Assembly: GCA_036704005.1 (NCBI GenBank)
Contig: DATNQO010000120.1
Span: 3,298-67,297, forward strand
Length of the DNA: 64,000 nt
Source of the DNA: Leptolyngbyaceae cyanobacterium
Lineage (GTDB): Bacteria > Cyanobacteriota > Cyanobacteriia > Cyanobacteriales > Nostocaceae
Direction of reading: 5' to 3'
Both the position numbers and the translations under genes were made by a program. Shown piece after piece: positions 57,609 to 64,000 of this stretch (its first letter is position 1; the number at the start of each line of letters is the position of its first letter). The notes under the pieces are model-generated. The model had not been told where the DNA came from. It worked only from the letters and a program-made list of their open reading frames with translations, and did not search any database.

Positions 57609-57776
57609 GCAGGGGCTAGGGCTTGTTTTCGCGCGTCTTGAGAACCGCCCTGGCTTAAAAAAGGGGGAAAATGAATCAAAGTCCACCTGCCAACGTACAA
57701 GCGATCGCAGTCTGGTAGTATGTAGGCGAGGGCAAAATTAAAAGAGTATTCCTGACATTTGACTCTCAAGCTAACC

Positions 57777-58046
57777 ATGACCTCAATCAAAGCAAAACTA
57801 TTGGCAGCGATCGAAACAGCACCAGACTCGATTTTAGAGCAAACCCTTGATTATCTGGAATACCTCAAAACCAGAGAACAGAAACCTCAAAGTTTATCTC
57901 AAGCAGTTTCTCAAAAAGAGGGAGAGCCGATTTTGCGTGGTTCCAAAGCCAAAGATTTACTCAAGTTTGCCAACACATGGCAGGGAGACGATTTCGAGGA
58001 ATGCCTTCAGCTTGTTTATGACACTCGTTCCCAAACAGAGTTTTAA
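57777..58046 (+). CDS. putative antitoxin of the VapC-like toxin
   Basis: About 89-aa ORF whose stop overlaps the PIN gene start (ATGTA... at 58046). ATG 57777 preferred over TTG 57759. Confidence 0.45.
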   Translation: MTSIKAKLLAAIETAPDSILEQTLDYLEYLKTREQKPQSLSQAVSQKEGEPILRGSKAKDLLKFANTWQGDDFEECLQLVYDTRSQTEF

Positions 58047-58495
58047 TGTACTTGCTTGATACCAATCACTGTAGCCGTATCATCTTTGGTGATCCTAATC
58101 TGATCCAACAATTACAGCTTCATAACGAAGCGGATATTGCTACTAGCGTCGTAGTATGTGGAGAACTCCTGTACATGGCAGCAAAATCTGAGCGCAGTGT
58201 CGCCAATCTTCAGCAGGTGAGATTATTTTTAGACACAATCGATATTTATCCCATCAATTTATCAATTTCTGAGGTTTATGGCAATCTTAAAGGCAAGCTG
58301 CTGAATGCTTTCGGGCCTAAAGAAAAAGCCCAGCGACGAAATTTCAACCTGCAAGCTCTTGGTTTTGGAGATAATGACCTCTGGATCGCAGCCACAGCAA
58401 TTCACTATAATCTGACTGTAGTTTCCACAGACAATGATTTTCGACGAATTCAACAAGTGGAAACTTTGCTTTTGGAATCTTGGCTTTCCAGTTAA
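58046..58495 (+). CDS. PIN-domain toxin (VapC-like)
   Basis: MYLLDTNHCSRII (first acidic residue) and NDLWIAATAI. Typical size, coupled to a small upstream ORF. Confidence 0.7.
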   Translation: MYLLDTNHCSRIIFGDPNLIQQLQLHNEADIATSVVVCGELLYMAAKSERSVANLQQVRLFLDTIDIYPINLSISEVYGNLKGKLLNAFGPKEKAQRRNFNLQALGFGDNDLWIAATAIHYNLTVVSTDNDFRRIQQVETLLLESWLSS

Positions 58496-58576
58496 TTTCT
58501 TGAGAAGAATTACGAGTCGGTATGGACTAATGATTAATGACAAAATCTCCACCCACAAAGGGGCGGAGATTTTTGA

Positions 58577-59086
58577 TTAATGTTGAATTTCTAAATTGAG
58601 AATATAGCGACCTAGTTGGACTTTCTCAGACCATAATTCATATTCCACACGCAAATTTTCAGGTAGTTCGCGTCCGCTTAGGCTTAAGGTATTGGTATAG
58701 TTCCTTAAGCGGATGGGATCGTTTGGTTGTAATGACTCGGCGGGTAGCCAATACCGACTCGTGCCATAAACGCCCTGTTCCCAAAAGTGGCGGTAACTGA
58801 CTTGATCGTTACCTTGCATGGTCATAATTACTCGATAGGGAGAAATCTCTAACCACAAAACTCTAGGACTAGCAGGGGCATAAGCTTTACTAGTACGTGG
58901 TAAAAGTTTTTCTTCTGGATTTTCAGGACTTAGTTCACAAGTGATTAGCGGTGGCGCAGTCAGTAATAAATGGAACCTATCAATATCTTTTTGATATAGT
59001 GTTCCAGCAGTTTCCACAACTGACCAGAATGGCAGGTCAGTTGATATGAGTGATAAGCACACGGGCTTGCGGTGATGGGTCAGCAT
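58577..59086 (-). CDS. hypothetical protein
   Basis: 169-aa non-repetitive ORF. No family recognised. Confidence 0.45.
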   Translation of the reverse strand: MLTHHRKPVCLSLISTDLPFWSVVETAGTLYQKDIDRFHLLLTAPPLITCELSPENPEEKLLPRTSKAYAPASPRVLWLEISPYRVIMTMQGNDQVSYRHFWEQGVYGTSRYWLPAESLQPNDPIRLRNYTNTLSLSGRELPENLRVEYELWSEKVQLGRYILNLEIQH

Positions 59087-59355
59087 GGGAGCAATGAGGG
59101 CTACAAGCTATTGAGTGAGTTGAAATTAATACTAGATGAGATGCTAGGTCAGGATGAGCAACTAAAGAGTAAAACCTGATTAATATTAACTGAAGTTGCT
59201 GATTTAGTAAGCTAAATAAACAAACTTCAAAATAAATTTGATAGATTTCAAAAGTTAAAACTATTCTTACTCTACGCTGTATGAATTTGTAAGTAAAGTA
59301 AGTGAAAAGTTATACTTATATTAATCTGGTTTGATGCCTGAATTTATGGGCGTAG

Positions 59356-59401
59356 ATAGGGGACTGGGGACTGGGGACTGGGAACTGGGGATAGGGGATA
59401 G
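59356..59401. repeat. STRR array (GGGGACT / GGGGATA units)
   Basis: Read directly. Confidence 0.85.
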
Positions 59402-59900
59402 ATATATCTAAGTATCTTGTGCAAAAATTAAATATGAATCTTATATATGAATGATTTAACGAAATAGGTTCACAATCACAGGATTTTGGAGAGTTTTTGA
59501 TTGTGAACAGTTAATGGTTAACAATTATCATGACCTACGGTCGGTCGGAAACCATCACCATCTTTTTGTTCGCTTGTTCGCCAGTTCCCAAGTTAACCGT
59601 AGTCGCCTGATATCAGCTTCTCTTGGTTGAGGTAGGATGTATTGTGGCGATCGCGCCTCAAGGTCGATAATTAAGTAAATATAAATTTACTCTGTCGGCA
59701 TCTCCTAGTTGTAATTTTGTTTACGTTTAAGAAATGTCAAGCCCGTAGTATATTCACGAACAAGCAATTAGGGACGCACAAATGTACGCCCCTACTCTGT
59801 TATCTGTCCTATTCGTTTTGCAAATCTGCAATTGCTTAAGTAAGGGGTGGAAAATAAACCAAACTATGTTAAGTGATCTAAAGTTATCACAATTGGGTTC

Positions 59901-59946
59901 GTAGTAAGGACTTTAGTCCTTTTTTTAGGACTAAAGTCCTTACTAC
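59901..59946. repeat. perfect 20-bp-stem hairpin with T6 loop
   Basis: GTAGTAAGGACTTTAGTCCT (59901-59920), TTTTTT, AGGACTAAAGTCCTTACTAC (59927-59946). Each arm also contains the palindrome AGGACTnnAGTCCT. Confidence 0.9.
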
Positions 59947-60053
59947 AAACCTTGATTTATTTAGTCCGTTTTACTTAGTCATATATATTATTGATAAGTA
60001 GGTGGGCAATGCCCACCATTTTATAATTGAAAAATCGCCCGATTGGAGATTAT

Positions 60054-60497
60054 TTACAGACTAATTGATTTGGCGTGAAAATTAGATTTATCATCCCAAT
60101 AATCCACCCTATTGATATTCACCTTCAGCAAGGCAATATCGGGTTCATCTAATCCTTGAGGAAACCAAGTTTCTAATTCAGGCTGCCATCTTTGTTGAAT
60201 TTCTTGGCGGTCTTTAACTAATTCTGCTGTACCTGTTATAGATATAAATCGCTGCTGATTGGGTGATGAAAAGTTAACACTCACCTGTTGATGGTGTTCT
60301 ACTTCAAGTGCTTTGTGAGAAGTAGCAGATGAGAAAAACCAAAGTGTGCCATTAGTATCAATGTCACCATTAAAGTACATCGGGCGGCTGTGCAGACTGC
60401 CATCGTCATCAATGGTAGTTAGCATGGCGTAATCAATGCCTTGAATTAGTTCTTGCAACTGCTGAATCTGTTGATTGTGGTCTGTAGAAATAGTCAT
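60054..60497 (-). CDS. pyridoxamine-5'-phosphate-oxidase-fold protein (general stress protein 26-like)
   Basis: 147 aa. LTTIDDDGSLHSRPM and LWFFSS...K are typical of the PNPOx-like split-barrel family. Confidence 0.65.
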   Translation of the reverse strand: MTISTDHNQQIQQLQELIQGIDYAMLTTIDDDGSLHSRPMYFNGDIDTNGTLWFFSSATSHKALEVEHHQQVSVNFSSPNQQRFISITGTAELVKDRQEIQQRWQPELETWFPQGLDEPDIALLKVNINRVDYWDDKSNFHAKSISL

Positions 60498-60911
60498 TTA
60501 TTTGGTATGTGTTAGTTATCAATGCTTCGGCTTTTCAGCCACTTAATTAGTACTAGCATTTTTATTTAGGTAATCCTTCAGACTAAAGGGGGAGTTTGCA
60601 GAATAGCTAAGTTATATTTTTAGTAAAGAAACGCCTTAGTTTGTAACTTTAGATTGATGGAGGGGAGGATTTATTTAAGTAAGGTTCTATATGGTTGATA
60701 GCTATAGGAGGAAAAATTTTATTTATCAACGCAGAGTAGCGCTGATTTAGATAGAATAAGTGCTACGTTTTATGAAATTCACTGGTTAGTTGGTTGCAAC
60801 TTTTAAGAAGATAAAAATATAACTTTGAAAGTCTTAACAATTATTGTGTTAAAAAATAATATTTTTATTATTTATAATTAGTTACGGGTCAGCATATTAT
60901 AGAAGTTTAAA

Positions 60912-63900
60912 TTGGTTCAGGGCGTTACAGGAGTAGGAGTCGCGGTGGTTCAAGCAATACATACTACTGTCAAGGGGAGAGCTAGATATAAGGTAAAAGA
61001 ACTTTATCGTTCGCTATCTCTAAAAGAATATTTGGAGCGATCGCTCCTCAATCAACCAGAAATTCTCAATGTTTCTGCTAATATCTCTACAAGTAATATT
61101 TTGGTCTTCTTTTCGCCAGAATATAGCTACAAGCAAGTTGCTTATTTAATTGATGAAGTTCTGTTAAATTTTCAAAAAAGCCATCAGCAAGTCCAGGCGA
61201 GAAAGTCGGAGAAAATCGTTAAGAAAACCAATCAAATCCCTGGTATTCAACAGCAAAAGAGCGAAAATTGGCATTTAATGCCAGCGAAGACGGTGCTGGA
61301 TACCTTCAAGACATCGCCATCAGGGTTATCTAGTGAGTCGGCTGCGGCTAATTTGAGTATATACGGGGCAAATGTACTTGCCCAAACAGAGGTGCGCTCT
61401 AGTTTAAGTATCTTTGTTGACCAGTTCAAATCCTTACCCGTGGCTTTATTAGGTGTGGCGGCTGGGGTTTCGGTATTTACTGGCGGATTGATTGATGCTT
61501 TAGTAATTTTGGGTGTGGTAGGATTGAATGCAGCGATTGGCTTCGCTACAGAAACTCAATCGGAACGCATCATCCATTCCCTGAAACATCAAGAACAAAC
61601 TACAGCTTGGGTGATGCGGGATGGGAAGCCACAGGAAATCCCCACAGAAGATGTAGTTGTGGGAGATATGTTAATTCTCAAACCCGGTAGTTATATAGCC
61701 GCCGATGCCAGATTAATCTACGCAGATAATTTAAGTATAGATGAATCGGCTTTAACTGGTGAGAGTCTGCCTGTAAGTAAGGATACTGCATCTTTGACAG
61801 GGGAAGATGTACCATTGGGCGATCGCCTGAACATGATCTACAGGGGAACCTACATCACCGGGGGACAAGGGTTAGCGGCGGTTATCGCCACAGGACAATT
61901 CACGGAAATGGGTCATATCCAAACCCTCGTAGGTACAGCCAATGCCACAGAAACACCCCTCGCCAGACAGTTAGACCAGGTAGGTAGCCAACTAGTAGTC
62001 ATCGGTATGGGTCTTTGCGGGTTGGTCTTTGGTATGGGACTGCTGCGGGGATATGGGTTAGTGCAGATGTTGAAATCATCCATATCTTTGGCGGTGGCGG
62101 CTGTTCCCGAAGGTTTACCGACAATTGCCACGACAACCTTAGCCTTGGGTATCCGCGATATGCGGCGGAATAAAGTCCTCGTCCGCAGTTTGAGTGCGGT
62201 GGAGGCTTTGGGTTCTGTGCAGACAATTTGCATGGATAAAACCGGGACAATTACAGAAAATAAAATGTCGGTGGTAGAAATTCACACCAACACAAGGGAA
62301 ATTAAAGTTACGAATGGGGAGTTTATCGCCGGGGAAGAAAATATCAACCCCTATATGTACGATGAACTGTTAAAGCTGATTCATGTCTGTGTTCTGTGTA
62401 ATGAAAGTGGAGTTGATCAGGCAGAGGGTGAGTATTTAGTCACAGGTTCGGCGACAGAAAACGCCTTGATTTACATGGGCATTGCGGCTGGAGTAGATGC
62501 AATTTCCTTGCGAGACAAGTATCCTTTACTACAAACTAACCTGCGTTCCGAAAACCGCAACATTATGAGTACCATCCATGAAACTCATAATGGACATAGA
62601 TTAGTCGCCGTCAAAGGTAGCCCCGGCGAAGTAGCGCAGATGTGCCGAGGGTGGATGAAAGATGGGGAAGTAATGCCTTTAAGCGACCAAGACCGCCAAT
62701 TGTTGGAAATTGAAAATGACCGCATGGCGGGTAAGGCGTTGCGGGTGTTGGGTGTAGCCTACAACCATATAGATGAATCCCACAACGGCAACCATGAAGC
62801 AGACTTGATTTGGCTGGGTTTGGTGGGGATGGCAGACCCAATTAGAAGGGGGGCGAAAGAATTAATTGCTGACTTCCATCATGCCGGCATTAATACAGTG
62901 ATGATTACTGGGGATCAAAGCCCAACAGCTTATGCGATCGCCAAAGAATTAGAATTAAATCGATCGCCCCAATTAGAAATCCTCGACTCCACCAACCTCA
63001 ACAACCTCACCCCCGAAGCCTTAACCGCCCTCAGCGACAAAGTAGATGTATTTTCCCGCATCAGCCCCAGCAACAAACTACAAATAGTCCAAGCTTTACA
63101 AAATGCAGGTCAAGTCGTCGCCATGACAGGCGATGGTATTAACGATGCACCCGCCTTAAAAGCAGCCCAGGTTGGGGTAGCAATGGGTAAAGGGGGAACC
63201 GATGTCGCCCGTGAAGTTGCAGATATCGTTCTGGAAGATGACCGCCTAGAAACCATGATTATCGCCGTCAGTCGGGGAAGGACGATTTACAACAACATTC
63301 GTAAGTCTGTGCATTTCCTCCTGGCGACCAACTTAAGCGAAATCATCGTCATGACCACCGCTACCGCCATAGGTATAGGCGAACCCTTAAATGCCATTCA
63401 ACTACTCTGGCTGAACTTAGTTACCGACATCTTCCCCGGCTTATCTCTAGCAATGGAAGCGCCAGAACCCGATGTATTAAGCCAACCACCCCGCAACCCC
63501 GAAGACCCAATTATCAAGAAATCTGATTTTGGTCGAATTACCTTTGAGTCCAGCACCATATCCGCCGGCACTCTAGCCGCCTACGGTTACGGCATCCTCA
63601 AATATGGTATCAGCCCCCAAGCCAGCACCCTAGCCTTCATGACTTTAACAACAGCCCAACTCCTGCATACAATTAGCAGTCGTTCCGAAAAACACAGCAT
63701 ATTTAGTCAAGAAAAACTCCCCAAAAATCCCTACCTCACGGCGGCGGTGACAGGTTCCTTCGCCCTACAATTAATAGCGATCGCAATTCCACCCCTAAGA
63801 AACCTGTTAAGAATTACCCCCATTAGTCTTGTAGATGGTGCTGTCATTGGTAGTAGTGCCTTGTTACCGCTAATTGTCAACGAAGGAACTAAAGATATTA

Positions 63901-63977
63901 GCGGCGGGACGAAGAAGATTAAGGCGATGAGGAAGATGGGGGGGATGAGGAAGATGAGGAAGATAAGGGAGACTTAA
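60912..63977 (+). CDS. cation-transporting P-type ATPase (type II-like) with N-terminal extension
   Basis: CMDKTGTITENK, MITGDQ and MTGDGINDAPALK. TTG start in the track, so the true start is uncertain. The C-terminal tail is encoded by repeat units. Confidence 0.9.
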   Translation: MVQGVTGVGVAVVQAIHTTVKGRARYKVKELYRSLSLKEYLERSLLNQPEILNVSANISTSNILVFFSPEYSYKQVAYLIDEVLLNFQKSHQQVQARKSEKIVKKTNQIPGIQQQKSENWHLMPAKTVLDTFKTSPSGLSSESAAANLSIYGANVLAQTEVRSSLSIFVDQFKSLPVALLGVAAGVSVFTGGLIDALVILGVVGLNAAIGFATETQSERIIHSLKHQEQTTAWVMRDGKPQEIPTEDVVVGDMLILKPGSYIAADARLIYADNLSIDESALTGESLPVSKDTASLTGEDVPLGDRLNMIYRGTYITGGQGLAAVIATGQFTEMGHIQTLVGTANATETPLARQLDQVGSQLVVIGMGLCGLVFGMGLLRGYGLVQMLKSSISLAVAAVPEGLPTIATTTLALGIRDMRRNKVLVRSLSAVEALGSVQTICMDKTGTITENKMSVVEIHTNTREIKVTNGEFIAGEENINPYMYDELLKLIHVCVLCNESGVDQAEGEYLVTGSATENALIYMGIAAGVDAISLRDKYPLLQTNLRSENRNIMSTIHETHNGHRLVAVKGSPGEVAQMCRGWMKDGEVMPLSDQDRQLLEIENDRMAGKALRVLGVAYNHIDESHNGNHEADLIWLGLVGMADPIRRGAKELIADFHHAGINTVMITGDQSPTAYAIAKELELNRSPQLEILDSTNLNNLTPEALTALSDKVDVFSRISPSNKLQIVQALQNAGQVVAMTGDGINDAPALKAAQVGVAMGKGGTDVAREVADIVLEDDRLETMIIAVSRGRTIYNNIRKSVHFLLATNLSEIIVMTTATAIGIGEPLNAIQLLWLNLVTDIFPGLSLAMEAPEPDVLSQPPRNPEDPIIKKSDFGRITFESSTISAGTLAAYGYGILKYGISPQASTLAFMTLTTAQLLHTISSRSEKHSIFSQEKLPKNPYLTAAVTGSFALQLIAIAIPPLRNLLRITPISLVDGAVIGSSALLPLIVNEGTKDISGGTKKIKAMRKMGGMRKMRKIRET

Positions 63978-64000
63978 TCAGTGAACAGTGAACAGTGAAC

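Noticed and set aside
57042-57686. 214-aa minus-strand ORF, plus 56614-56820, 57185-57433, 57394-57594 and 57485-57790
   Set aside because: All lie antisense to, or out of frame within, the well-supported aldehyde dehydrogenase gene. They have no recognisable motifs and are typical shadow ORFs.
1-64000. Many other 60-130-aa track ORFs. Examples: 176-418, 1478-1681, 3381-3715, 4584-4811, 5847-6045, 7731-7970, 8055-8324, 8868-9143, 9884-10096, 10229-10465, 11642-11839, 12761-13375, 13961-14179, 15244-15435, 15614-15892, 17244-17879, 18160-18555, 21392-21589, 22661-22846, 23443-23643, 24195-24377, 24916-25116, 26166-26923, 27166-27922, 28137-28717, 28890-29090, 29685-30024, 31975-32184, 32838-33107, 33706-33918, 38031-38513, 39800-40063, 41985-42554, 47246-48930, 49197-49436, 50178-50408, 54200-54481, 57847-58059, 58262-58558 and 61247-62841
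   Set aside because: Each overlaps a longer ORF that has clear family motifs, on the opposite strand or in another frame. None shows a motif or a ribosome-binding site of its own.
1-64000. Search for tRNA, rRNA, tmRNA, RNase P RNA, transposase or integrase genes and CRISPR arrays
   Set aside because: No T-arm-like GGTTCGAATCC-type motif in a tRNA context was found, nor rRNA-like stretches, spacer-repeat periodicity or transposase-like ORFs. This is a visual scan only, so small RNAs could have been missed.

Overview
This 64-kb chromosomal segment looks like a heterocyst-forming filamentous cyanobacterium of the Nostoc/Anabaena type. That is an inference from four things: HIP1 octamers (GCGATCGC) inside most genes, heptanucleotide STRR arrays (ACTGGGG, TGATAAC, AGTCATT, CCTGTCA and others) in nearly every spacer, ycf3 and a HetP-family gene, and an SLH-OprB porin plus PEP-CTERM proteins. 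I support about 53 protein-coding or pseudogene calls. By eye I found no tRNA, rRNA, transposase or CRISPR array. Backbone genes include thiE-thiS, lipB, hpf, ycf3, gatC, xseA, cobS, a NupC-type transporter, an aldehyde dehydrogenase, two GSTs, a VapBC-like pair and a P-type ATPase. The outstanding region is 25.8-39.1 kb, a conflict/defence-like island with three parts. (i) A four-gene operon with overlapping stop and start codons encodes a caspase-like protease fused to a degenerate NTPase, a MoxR-type AAA+ ATPase, a CoxE-like vWA protein, and a protein joining a helical N-domain to CARF-like and RelE-like modules. (ii) A divergent CHAT protease sits with a signal-peptide/coiled-coil membrane partner. 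(iii) A 1096-aa protein combines a paralogous caspase module, a STAND NTPase, one TM helix and a beta-propeller, and is followed by a small unknown ORF. The island lies between two truncated gene remnants and its genes are compositionally mosaic. Other points of interest are an orphan microviridin-type RiPP precursor, a cNMP-domain ABC exporter whose C39 peptidase domain seems to lack its catalytic residues, and a 3'-truncated amino-acid transporter gene. There is also a TIR-bounded MITE-like repeat family carrying STRR arrays (two copies bracket one ORF) and a very AT-rich islet with a HetP-family gene. All domain calls rest on motifs read by eye; no database search was possible.
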